Shown in pieces: positions 28,091-37,333 of a stretch of 64,000 nt of DNA; the stretch's first letter is position 1; each line of letters begins with the position of its first letter. The DNA is taken from NCBI GenBank assembly GCA_048885525.1, contig JBHLLP010000006.1, positions 32,001 to 96,000 of the forward strand, given 5' to 3'. Both the position numbers and the translations under genes were made by a program. The notes below the pieces were generated by a model. The model had not been told where the DNA came from, ran no database searches, and saw only the letters and a program-made list of their open reading frames with translations. This stretch comes from Candidatus Hermodarchaeota archaeon (GTDB taxonomy: Archaea; Asgardarchaeota; Lokiarchaeia; Sigyniarchaeales; SOKP01).

Positions 28091-29821
28091 ATGACAGAAA
28101 AAATGGTGGAAGGTAGTCCATATTCAGAAAAAATATGGTTAAAATCATATGATGAGCATGTTAAGCCGGAGATTGATATTGAAGTTTATTCCTTAGCCGA
28201 AATGTTTAAGAGGGTTGTAAAAAAATTCCCTGATAGCCTTTGTTATGACTTTCAAGGATCAAGAGCAACATTCAAGGAAACTGAAAAATTGGTAATCAGT
28301 TTTGCTAATTGTCTTATTGAGAATGGATTAGAAAAAGGTGATAGAGTTGCTATAAATTTACCAAATATTCCTCAATTTATTGTGGCATTGTTTGGAACAT
28401 TTTATGCTGGATGTGCTGTGTCAGGGGTGAATTTTCTACTACAATCAAATGAAATTGTATATCAATTAAAAGATTGTGGAGCAAAAGCGGTTGTTACTCT
28501 TGATTCCTTCTATGAAGAAAAAGTTAGAAAAGCTTTACAAACTGGTCAAACCGATGTAAAGATAGTGATTACTACTAATGTTTCTGATGTTTTAGATCTT
28601 GAACCTGCTATGAAAGACCAATTGATTAAAATTGGAAAAGTTCCAATAGGAAAAGTTGAACCCCTTGAAGGTTTTAAATATTATACATATAATGAGATTT
28701 TAGAAAAATATACTGGTGATAAAGATCCAGATGTTAAAATTGATCCAGATGATCTCCTATTACTTCAATATACAGGAGGAACAACTGGTCCACCCAAGGG
28801 AGCCATTTTGACTCACAGAAATCTAATATCTTTATTACAAATAGTAGACCATTGGTTTGAGCCTGGTACACATCCAGGAAATGCTGTTTATATCTCAGGT
28901 TTTCCATTTTTTCATTTAGCTGGACTCCAATTTTGTCTACAAACTACTTTTTTAGGAGCAACACAGATTTTAGTCCCTGATCCAAGAGATACTAATTACA
29001 TGATAAGTAAAATAAAAGAGTATGAGGATAAAATTTCACTCTTTTATAATGTACCCACTCTATATCTTCTTTTATTAAATAACCGAAGGTTTAAAAAGTT
29101 AAATTTAAGTGATGTACAAGGATATATCTCCGGTGCAGCTCCTTTTCCTACAGAAAGTATTAAAGAGTTTGAAGAAGTAGTTGGTAAGGGAAAAGTTATA
29201 GAAGCTTATGGAATGACTGAAAATAGTCCAGGAGTAACTATGAATCCTTATCTTGGCCCTAAAAAAATTGGAACTGTAGGAGTTCCTTTGCCAAATACAG
29301 AAGTAAAACTTGTAGATGTTTCTGATAAAAGGCGAGAAGTACCTATAGGAGAACCTGGTGAAATTGCTATAAGAGGGCCTCAAACCTTTAAAGGTTATTG
29401 GAATAAACCCAAAGAAACAGAAAATGCACTTCAAGAGGGGTGGTTTTATTCTGGAGATGTGGGTGTTATGGATGAGGATGGTTATATAAGAATAGTAGAC
29501 CGTACAAAAGATATGATTATTGTGAGTGGGTATAAAGTATTTAGTGTTGAAGTAGATGATAAAATGAATAAACATCCAGCAATTGAACTCTGTTCATCTG
29601 TGGGAATTCCTGATCCTGAACGTCCTGGTTCTGAAGTAGTTAAATTATATGTATTGTTAAAAGAGGGACATAAACCTTCTGAAGAAATTAAAGCAGATAT
29701 ACTAAAATTTGCTCAAGAAAATCTAGCTAAATATAAAATACCAAAAATCATCGAAATCGTCAAGGAAATGCCATTAACTTCAATAGGTAAAGTAGACAAA
29801 AAACTCTTAAGAAATAAATAA
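28091..29821 (+). CDS. Long-chain fatty acid-CoA ligase (FadD-like)
   Basis: QYTGGTTGPPKG, EAYGMTE, SGD, VDRTKDMIIVSG, GKVDKK. Confidence 0.95.
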   Translation: MTEKMVEGSPYSEKIWLKSYDEHVKPEIDIEVYSLAEMFKRVVKKFPDSLCYDFQGSRATFKETEKLVISFANCLIENGLEKGDRVAINLPNIPQFIVALFGTFYAGCAVSGVNFLLQSNEIVYQLKDCGAKAVVTLDSFYEEKVRKALQTGQTDVKIVITTNVSDVLDLEPAMKDQLIKIGKVPIGKVEPLEGFKYYTYNEILEKYTGDKDPDVKIDPDDLLLLQYTGGTTGPPKGAILTHRNLISLLQIVDHWFEPGTHPGNAVYISGFPFFHLAGLQFCLQTTFLGATQILVPDPRDTNYMISKIKEYEDKISLFYNVPTLYLLLLNNRRFKKLNLSDVQGYISGAAPFPTESIKEFEEVVGKGKVIEAYGMTENSPGVTMNPYLGPKKIGTVGVPLPNTEVKLVDVSDKRREVPIGEPGEIAIRGPQTFKGYWNKPKETENALQEGWFYSGDVGVMDEDGYIRIVDRTKDMIIVSGYKVFSVEVDDKMNKHPAIELCSSVGIPDPERPGSEVVKLYVLLKEGHKPSEEIKADILKFAQENLAKYKIPKIIEIVKEMPLTSIGKVDKKLLRNK

Positions 29822-29849
29822 CTTTTTAATTTTTTTTTAAATTTTGTTC

Positions 29850-30443
29850 CTAAATTTCTTTTTTGAAATATCTTCTATAAATATTATAGTATGAAGTGAG
29901 AGCTATAATAAAATGTATTAAAATACATGATATAATCCCTATTTTTAAAAATATATAACCAAGATATAATCCCATTAAAAAGGGATATCCAAGATTGATT
30001 AGTAGAATAGTTAAATTCTTATAACGAAACCAAGTGTGAATATGAAAAAGAGAAAAAATCAAACTCGATATAAATATAACTGTAAATGATTTCAATTTTA
30101 ACAAATCGAATAAAACGCCAATTGTATAATATCTAAAAACTAATTCTTCTAATATTATTATTATTGGAAAGAAAAACCAGATGATTTCTCTGTTCTTTCT
30201 ATATATAAAAGCATTTAATACATCCTGCTTCTTAAATACTTCAAGATTTTTATCCTTATAGCCGAAAATTTCGACTTTTTTAGCCAAAAATAAAAAGAAT
30301 ATTAAACCTGTGATGAAAATAAGGATTATAAACCAATTTAATTCTCTTATCATGAAATATTCAAAAAAAACTCCAAAAAATATTGGGATAATTAATAAAG
30401 TTAATAAAATGCTAAGAGTAATGTATTTCTTTGCTTTAATCAA
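29850..30443 (-). CDS. CPBP (CAAX/Rce1-like) intramembrane metalloprotease
   Basis: EELVFR, FSLFH, ILIHF; multiple TMs. Confidence 0.88.
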   Translation of the reverse strand: MIKAKKYITLSILLTLLIIPIFFGVFFEYFMIRELNWFIILIFITGLIFFLFLAKKVEIFGYKDKNLEVFKKQDVLNAFIYRKNREIIWFFFPIIIILEELVFRYYTIGVLFDLLKLKSFTVIFISSLIFSLFHIHTWFRYKNLTILLINLGYPFLMGLYLGYIFLKIGIISCILIHFIIALTSYYNIYRRYFKKEI

Positions 30444-30486
30444 AATATAATATACCCGATTTTATTAAAATCCATAAAAAATTAAG

Positions 30487-30771
30487 TTAACCAGGGTAAT
30501 CATTTTTGGAACCCATGAGTGTAGTTGTTTCCTCGATCCACTGAGATAATTCTTTATCCATTCTGCAAAAAGTGACAATTTTATCGATATCTCTTAACTT
30601 AGAAAAAGAACATTCAACAATTACATCCCAACCTCCATAAATAGGTGTAGCGTATGTGATTTTCCAATCTTCATCTGGTTCAGTAGATTTTAAATTAATT
30701 AATTTATCAACAACTTTCCATTCTGAACCAATTACTTTCAAACGGATTAAAATGTATCCACGATAATAAAT
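30487..30771 (-). CDS. Lrp/AsnC ligand-binding (RAM)-like stand-alone domain; probable ATT start at 30771 (track start TTG 30741)
   Basis: YRGYILIRL first strand lies upstream of the TTG; PIYGGWDVIVE...EETTTL matches the AsnC C-terminal domain pattern. Confidence 0.7.
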   Translation of the reverse strand: MYYRGYILIRLKVIGSEWKVVDKLINLKSTEPDEDWKITYATPIYGGWDVIVECSFSKLRDIDKIVTFCRMDKELSQWIEETTTLMGSKNDYPG

Positions 30772-30914
30772 TTCTTACAACCTTGATTTCCATTTATTTA
30801 GGTTTAAAATGCTCTAACGAGTAACAAACTTTAATTTAAATTTAAATATATTTAAGTAATTTAATGTTTCTATTATAAATTGTTCTATTAAAAAAATAAA
30901 GGGATATTATAGAT

Positions 30915-32438
30915 ATGTCAGATTTATATAAGAAATTAGAGAAGATTGTTTCTGATAAATATATTTCTAATGATATTTATGTACGCCACGCCTATTCACG
31001 AAATGTAGACATTGTTTTACAAGGCGTTCCCGATATTGTAATAAGACCAAAAGATGCTCAAGAAATCTCAGAAATTCTTAAGATTGCAAATGAAGAAAAT
31101 ATTCCTGTAATACCACGTGGTGGAGGCGATTGTGAATTTGGTGGAAGTAAGCCAATTAACGATGAGGGCATTGTTTTAGATTTGAAGAGAATGGACAATA
31201 TTATAAATTTAGATCAAGAAAATTTGATAGTTACAGTCGAGGCAGGTATTTCTTGGGGAAAATTGAATGAATATTTATGCCATTATGGACTATATACCGG
31301 ATGTATGGGACCTGGATCAGGAATGACAGCTTCAATTGGAGGTGGTATTTCACATCAATCAGTTGGAGGTGGAGGATGTGCAAAGTATGGTTCATGTACT
31401 AACCAATTAGTTTCTTTAGAAGTGGTTTTACCAACAGGTGAAATAATTCAAACAGGGTCTCAAGCTAATAAATTTTCTAAGTTTCCTTTTAATAGATTTG
31501 GAAATGGACCTGATTTATCAGGACTTTTTTGTGGTGATAATGGTATTTTTGGGATAAAAACAAAAATATCGCTTAAAGTATTTCCTAAACCGGAGTTTGC
31601 TGATTACAAAACTTTTTTACTTCCTCGAAAATCTGCTGAAACTGCTGCTCAAATTATGACGGAGATTCGAAGAAAAGGAATTAATGTATATGATACAATG
31701 TTTATTACTGATGTTGTTATTGAACTTGGGTCAAAGCAAGGATTTTTTCCTTTATGGGAGCATATAAAAAAGAAAAAAGGAATGCTTTTTTATACAATTG
31801 AAGCGAATTCGGAGGTTGAGTTAAAAGAAAATGTCAGAATCTTAGATGAGATTATTTTAAGTAAGAAATCTGAATATCTAGGTCCAGAAATCTCCGATGG
31901 TAATATAGCTAAGTGGCATTATACGGAACAAGGGCATTGGCAATTTTATCATAATTTATGGGGTATGTTTCCTTCCATGCAACCACTCTCAGCGGAATGT
32001 TTTTGTCCAATCCATATGTTTCCTCAAGTTGTAAAGGATGTTGATCAATGGGATATAGAACATAATGAAGATATGCAAAAAATTTTTAATATCACCAAAA
32101 TTCGACCTATCTCAGGTAGCGGTCCGATACCATTAGTAGATGGGAATAATGTGGAAGTAACAGCTGGTTTTCTTAGCTTTTGGAAATATTATGAAGGTGA
32201 ACTTTATGAAATAATCCAAGAAACTAACATAAAGTTATGGAAATCTTTAATCAAATTATTAGTTAAATACGGACTTCAATACTATATGATGGGTGATTTT
32301 ATGTCTCGTTTAATGGTTGAGATTGGTGCTTACTCTGAAGAATATTATAACTTTTTGAAATCAATAAAAAAGACTCTTGATCCGAAAATGATACTAAGTA
32401 GAGGTAAATATAATTTTTGGGAGGGAGAGAAAAGTTGA
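30915..32438 (+). CDS. FAD-binding oxidoreductase (GlcD family)
   Basis: PDIVIRP, VIPRGGG, DLKRMD, VEAG, LEVVLPTG, GIFGIKTK, DPKMIL. Confidence 0.92.
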   Translation: MSDLYKKLEKIVSDKYISNDIYVRHAYSRNVDIVLQGVPDIVIRPKDAQEISEILKIANEENIPVIPRGGGDCEFGGSKPINDEGIVLDLKRMDNIINLDQENLIVTVEAGISWGKLNEYLCHYGLYTGCMGPGSGMTASIGGGISHQSVGGGGCAKYGSCTNQLVSLEVVLPTGEIIQTGSQANKFSKFPFNRFGNGPDLSGLFCGDNGIFGIKTKISLKVFPKPEFADYKTFLLPRKSAETAAQIMTEIRRKGINVYDTMFITDVVIELGSKQGFFPLWEHIKKKKGMLFYTIEANSEVELKENVRILDEIILSKKSEYLGPEISDGNIAKWHYTEQGHWQFYHNLWGMFPSMQPLSAECFCPIHMFPQVVKDVDQWDIEHNEDMQKIFNITKIRPISGSGPIPLVDGNNVEVTAGFLSFWKYYEGELYEIIQETNIKLWKSLIKLLVKYGLQYYMMGDFMSRLMVEIGAYSEEYYNFLKSIKKTLDPKMILSRGKYNFWEGEKS

Positions 32439-33670
32439 GTGAATTAAAACATCTAAAAGAACATTGGAAAGATATTTTTTCGTGTATGGGATGTGGAGAT
32501 TGTGGATATGCGATCCGTCCTGCCGTTGAGAGATATCTAGTATGCCCTATTAAAGAAGCTAAAGGAGAAGAAGGATTTGAAATTAGTTTTTCGAGAGGTA
32601 GAATGAATGTTTTAAAAGATGTATTAGAAGGTCAAATCTCTTTAAGTAAAAAATTAGCAAAATGGGTTTATGAATGTTCAGAATGCGGAAATTGTACTGA
32701 AGTCTGTCATATGACTCATAATGAAAATATTGCTTTACCCACATGCAAATGGATCGATCATGTAAAAGTATGGGAAGCTTTAAGAAAGGATCTTGTTGAA
32801 GAAGGATTTGCTCCATTAGAAAAACACTCTAATTTAATAGATTACATGAATAGAGATGATATGAGAAATCCGTATGGTGAAGAGAAAATAAAAAAATATG
32901 ATTGGACCAAAGGAATTTCTGAACTTAAAGAAAAGGGAGAATTTGTATTCTTTGGAGGATGTACAATGCCATTAAGACAGGTAGAAACATTAAAAACTAT
33001 GATTAAGATATTGCAAACTGCGGGGAAAGAGATTGCAATATCTAGAGATGAGTGGTGCTGTGGTTCAATCGCACTACGAATTGGAGATGATCAATCATTA
33101 CAAGAATTTATTAGACATAATATTGCTGTATTTAAAAATATGGGTGCAAAAGTAGTTTTTACCGCCTGTGCTGGATGCTATCGAACATGGAAAAAAGATT
33201 ACCCGGAATTACTTGGTGAAGAATTACCATTTCAAGTAAAACACATTACAGAAATCCTAGTTGAGCTCTTGAATAACAAAAAAATTCCTTTTAAAGAACA
33301 GCAAGGAGAATCTAAAAAGGTTACATATCATGATCCATGTCATTTAGGAAGACATATGGATTTTTATGAAATCCCACGAGAACTAATATTAAAAATCCCT
33401 GGTATTGAATTAGTTGAAATGAAACGAAACCGTAAAAATGCTTGGTGTTGTGGAGCTGGTGGTGGAGTTAAAAGTCAATTTCCAGAATTAGCTCTTGAAA
33501 TTTCTAAAGAAAGAATCAATGAAGCTATAGAATCCGGAGCTGATATATTAACTACTAGTTGCCCATTTTGTATAGGAAATTTAAAAGATGCATATGAAGA
33601 ATTAAGTCCAAAATTGTCAGAAAGAATAGAATTAATTGATATTATAGATCTAATTGCCTCTAAAATATGA
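32435..33670 (+). CDS. Fe-S oxidoreductase, GlcF/HdrD-type (CCG domains)
   Basis: CMGCGDC, CSECGNCTEVC, WCCGS, YHDPCHLGR, CCGAGGG; TTG 32435 overlaps upstream TGA (TTGA coupling). Confidence 0.92.
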   Translation: MSELKHLKEHWKDIFSCMGCGDCGYAIRPAVERYLVCPIKEAKGEEGFEISFSRGRMNVLKDVLEGQISLSKKLAKWVYECSECGNCTEVCHMTHNENIALPTCKWIDHVKVWEALRKDLVEEGFAPLEKHSNLIDYMNRDDMRNPYGEEKIKKYDWTKGISELKEKGEFVFFGGCTMPLRQVETLKTMIKILQTAGKEIAISRDEWCCGSIALRIGDDQSLQEFIRHNIAVFKNMGAKVVFTACAGCYRTWKKDYPELLGEELPFQVKHITEILVELLNNKKIPFKEQQGESKKVTYHDPCHLGRHMDFYEIPRELILKIPGIELVEMKRNRKNAWCCGAGGGVKSQFPELALEISKERINEAIESGADILTTSCPFCIGNLKDAYEELSPKLSERIELIDIIDLIASKI

Positions 33671-33901
33671 GAAAAGTAAAATAGATTAAAAATAGGGTTT
33701 TATTCTTTTTTTATACAATACTAGGTCAAACAGAAGATCGAACCTTAGAAGAAACAATCCAATCAAGAATTTTCACGAATTTAATGCTGATATCTCAAAT
33801 TTAGGTTAATAATTGAGTTATATAAATTCTTTTTAATAAATCTATTTTTAAAAATAATCAATTTGAATAATCTTTAAGAACTCTCCTTTTTTTAACTATA
33901 T

Positions 33902-34582
33902 ATGGAGGATATTAGTATTTATCTAAAACCAACTAAGTTTTTTGATTTTAATAAAAAGTCTGTTAGTGAAAAAGCATTAGAAATCACCAATGATTTGAAA
34001 ACGGAAAAAGAGAAAGCTATAGCTTTATTTTATTGGGTACGAGATGAGATTAAGTATAATATGTTAACATATGTGCCAAATGTACCTGCTAACTTTAAAG
34101 CAAGTATAACTCTACGGAGAAAAAATGGTTTTTGTGTATCAAAATCCATTCTTTTATCGTCTTTTGCGAGAGCAATTGGAATTCCTGCCCGGATACATTT
34201 AGTTGATTTAATTAACCATTTAATTTCGCAAAAAGTTATTGATTTTATGGGTACTAATGTCATGTACGTACATGGTTACAGCGAATTCTATTTGGATGGG
34301 AAATGGGTAAAATTAACACCTTCTTTTGATCCTCAAACTGCTCTAAAAGGAAAATTTCTCCCTATGGTTGAATTTGATGGTGAAAATGATGCTGTGTTCC
34401 CTAAATTCGATAATCAAGGTAATCTATTTGGAGAATATCTCACTGATAGAGGAGTGCATGCAGAGTTACCGCTGGAAGAAATTGATAAAATTTTCGAAGA
34501 AAAATATCCTTCATATGCTCTCCATAAAAAAGGATTTAATCCAAAGCAAATACAAGATGAGATACTGACATATAAGAAATAA
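33902..34582 (+). CDS. Transglutaminase-like cysteine protease-fold protein (paralog 1)
   Basis: VRDEIKY, GFCVSKS, GIPAR, HGYSE, WVKLTP. Confidence 0.9.
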   Translation: MEDISIYLKPTKFFDFNKKSVSEKALEITNDLKTEKEKAIALFYWVRDEIKYNMLTYVPNVPANFKASITLRRKNGFCVSKSILLSSFARAIGIPARIHLVDLINHLISQKVIDFMGTNVMYVHGYSEFYLDGKWVKLTPSFDPQTALKGKFLPMVEFDGENDAVFPKFDNQGNLFGEYLTDRGVHAELPLEEIDKIFEEKYPSYALHKKGFNPKQIQDEILTYKK

Positions 34583-34664
34583 TCGATAAATCTAATGAGG
34601 ATTTTTTATAATTCATTCATTATCAATAATTTTTAAGGAAATTTATTAAAGTTTTTTCGTTATT

Positions 34665-35345
34665 ATGGAAGATTTGAATATATATCTGCAACCAACGGAA
34701 TATCTTGACTTTAATAAAATAGCTGTGAGTAGAAAAGCTTTTGAGATAACTAAAGATTTAAAAACTGATAAAGAAAAGGTAATTGCTTTATTTTATTGGG
34801 TTCGAGATAATATAAAATATAATGCTTTTTCATATTATCCAAAAATTAAAGCAAATCTCAAAGCTTCAGTCACATTAAGACGAAAAAATGGATTTTGCAT
34901 GTCTAAATCTACATTACTGTCAACTTTTACAAGAGCAGTAGGAATTCCTGCCCGTATTCATATGGTTGATATTATTAATCATAAAATATCTCAAAGACTT
35001 GTTAATCTAATGGGTACTAAGGCTTTTCATTGTCATGCATATAGTGAGATTTACTTAAATAAGAAATGGGTAAAAATCGCACCCATTTTTGATAAAAAAA
35101 CTTGTATAAAGGGAAATTTCTTTCCTATGATTGAGTTTGATGGAGAACATGATGCTTTATTTGCCCCATTTGATATTGAAGGGAACAAATTTGTAGAATA
35201 TATAGGAGATTGGGGTACTTACGCAGATGTACCACAAAAAAAGATTGATCAAATATTTTGTGAGAAATATCCTCATTGGTATCCTAATCTAAGTTCGAAT
35301 TTAATAAGACTTATGAAAAAAGAACCATTATCCTTGAATAAGTAA
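34665..35345 (+). CDS. Transglutaminase-like protein (tandem paralog 2)
   Basis: VRDNIKY, GFCMSKS, GIPAR, HAYSE; same length (226 aa) and colinear with paralog 1. Confidence 0.9.
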   Translation: MEDLNIYLQPTEYLDFNKIAVSRKAFEITKDLKTDKEKVIALFYWVRDNIKYNAFSYYPKIKANLKASVTLRRKNGFCMSKSTLLSTFTRAVGIPARIHMVDIINHKISQRLVNLMGTKAFHCHAYSEIYLNKKWVKIAPIFDKKTCIKGNFFPMIEFDGEHDALFAPFDIEGNKFVEYIGDWGTYADVPQKKIDQIFCEKYPHWYPNLSSNLIRLMKKEPLSLNK

Positions 35346-35383
35346 TAAAATACTTCTTTTTTAAAAAAATTAGATTTCTATAC

Positions 35384-36277
35384 TCATAAATCTCTTAAAA
35401 AAATTTTATATTTACCTAATTTTCCACCAAAATTTCCAGCAGAAACTTTAATTAAACCATCCATATTTATAATTCCTTCAATTACCTTTTTCATTGTAAG
35501 TTTTATAGTATCAAGATCTAAAGCATTAAACACAATCTCAGGTATTGAATGAACTCCATCAGGGACCTTAATTTCTTCAGAAGGTAACTTCTTCTTTAAT
35601 GTTGGACAATATGGATGATTTGTCGAAGGCCCAATCTCAGGAAAATTTGTCTCTACTTTTGAACCAGCTGAACATACGTCAAACGTTGTGCATACATCAT
35701 CTATCTCAACTATAATTTTAACAGCTTCACGTCCAATTTTTATACCTGAGTTGACTGAATCACAAAATAAATAAAAATTTCCTCCCATTACACCTTCACC
35801 ATAAGTTAATTCTTCTTCTATTAAAAAATCATAACCCATCATAAGAGGAATAGAAATCATTTTTCTATCATATATTTTTATAATTTCCTCATAACCATCT
35901 CCACAATGGCCCACATTATTCATCATATTAAATTTCATCTTAGATTTATTTGGGTAATAGTCAAAAACAGCAGTAGTTGGAACAACTAAAATACCTTGTC
36001 TTATTCTCCTTCCTAATTGATCATAAAACTTACTCATAGCCTTTCTGCTCGTACCAGTGACCCATAATTGTACTATTGCGCCTAATCTACCATCAATAGT
36101 CTCGCTTTCGGAGAGCCATCTAACAACCCCTCCTTCAGCATCTCCAAATACAGTTGAAGGTAAAGAAGTAAATGCATTTGCTGCTCTATTTAAAAACTCA
36201 ACATCTTGAGCAGTTACCATAAGTTGACAACATAAACCCTCAAACGCTTCACAGTAAGTATTATCAACAATAGCCAT
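35384..36277 (-). CDS. ftr: Formylmethanofuran-tetrahydromethanopterin formyltransferase
   Basis: DNTYCEAF, TIDGRLGA, VPTTAVF, GDGYE, MGGNF, SAGSK, STNHPYCPTL, SAGNFGGKLG. Confidence 0.95.
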   Translation of the reverse strand: MAIVDNTYCEAFEGLCCQLMVTAQDVEFLNRAANAFTSLPSTVFGDAEGGVVRWLSESETIDGRLGAIVQLWVTGTSRKAMSKFYDQLGRRIRQGILVVPTTAVFDYYPNKSKMKFNMMNNVGHCGDGYEEIIKIYDRKMISIPLMMGYDFLIEEELTYGEGVMGGNFYLFCDSVNSGIKIGREAVKIIVEIDDVCTTFDVCSAGSKVETNFPEIGPSTNHPYCPTLKKKLPSEEIKVPDGVHSIPEIVFNALDLDTIKLTMKKVIEGIINMDGLIKVSAGNFGGKLGKYKIFLRDL

Positions 36278-36394
36278 AATTTTTTCACAATATTTCTTAA
36301 CTTAAAAGATAAATACTTAATTTTATCATAATTACTTATTAAGTCTAAAAAATATAATTAATTACTAAAATTAAACTATCTAAGATTTGATAAA

Positions 36395-37333
36395 ATGCCA
36401 AGAGCAATAATTTTATACGAAATTGACAAGTCTTTTGGACCAAATATATTAGCTGAATATTATTTAAATCAAGATGATAAAATTCCACAAACTGTATTAA
36501 AGGAATTTTCTGAGAAACATAGTAAGAAAGAATTAGTAAATATAACTGTTCGTATTGATGAGAACCGCTATTATTCCAGCAAAGTTAATGCGCAATCAAT
36601 TGAGAAAGATAACCTTTATATTGGATTTATATTACAGGAAGGGGAGGATCTGGTCTCGTTAAAAAGTTTTTTTGAAAATTTTGAGGAAAAAATAGTTCAA
36701 AATTTTTCTACTGATAAAAAGAAGATGAATGAATTATTGAGAAATGCTTTAAATTCAATTTTAAGCTTAATTCAGAAATTACAAGAACCCAAAATTATAA
36801 AAGAGACAATTAATGAGAGAACAAAAACAATGCTTGATGATGGAAAACTTACTGAAGCTCGTGAATTGATAGATCTAGGTGAAGAAATTCCCAAAAAACT
36901 TGCGGCTGAAGTAAAACTTGCTGAACAATTATTAATTGATAAATATTATAGAAAAGCAAAAAAAGGTTTTTTAAAAGCAGCAGAATTAGCTGTATTGGTA
37001 CAAGAAGATGAAATTGCATCATTTTTAGAAAATAAAGGAGAACAAGTAGGATTATTTCCTGAATTAATAAAAGAAAGTGAGAATCTGCATAAAGAACTGG
37101 TAAAATTTTCTAATGATTTAGGTATTACTAAATTAAATTTATATAATAATTTCTTTGAGCCAATAGATAGATTAGTTGAAATTTCAAATATATTTGAAGA
37201 ACATGAGAAAATTGATGTTTTAACAAAATTAAAGAACAACGCTCTAAGAGCTTCTCGATTAACGAAAGAGATTAACGATTTAGATGAAAAAGTAAGAGAA
37301 CTTATAAAAAAACTACAAGATTTGAAAATTTAA
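36395..37333 (+). CDS. Longin/uDENN-like N-terminal domain plus helical (TPR/MIT-like) region
   Basis: AIILYEIDKSFGPNILAEY beta-hairpin GP motif, YIGFILQEGED strand-helix; all-helical C-half. Confidence 0.6.
   Translation: MPRAIILYEIDKSFGPNILAEYYLNQDDKIPQTVLKEFSEKHSKKELVNITVRIDENRYYSSKVNAQSIEKDNLYIGFILQEGEDLVSLKSFFENFEEKIVQNFSTDKKKMNELLRNALNSILSLIQKLQEPKIIKETINERTKTMLDDGKLTEARELIDLGEEIPKKLAAEVKLAEQLLIDKYYRKAKKGFLKAAELAVLVQEDEIASFLENKGEQVGLFPELIKESENLHKELVKFSNDLGITKLNLYNNFFEPIDRLVEISNIFEEHEKIDVLTKLKNNALRASRLTKEINDLDEKVRELIKKLQDLKI

Noticed and set aside
33720-33805. Intergenic stretch translating to LGQTEDRTLEETIQ, faintly like an A/V-ATPase B C-terminus
   Set aside because: Too short, no start codon, similarity not distinguishable from chance
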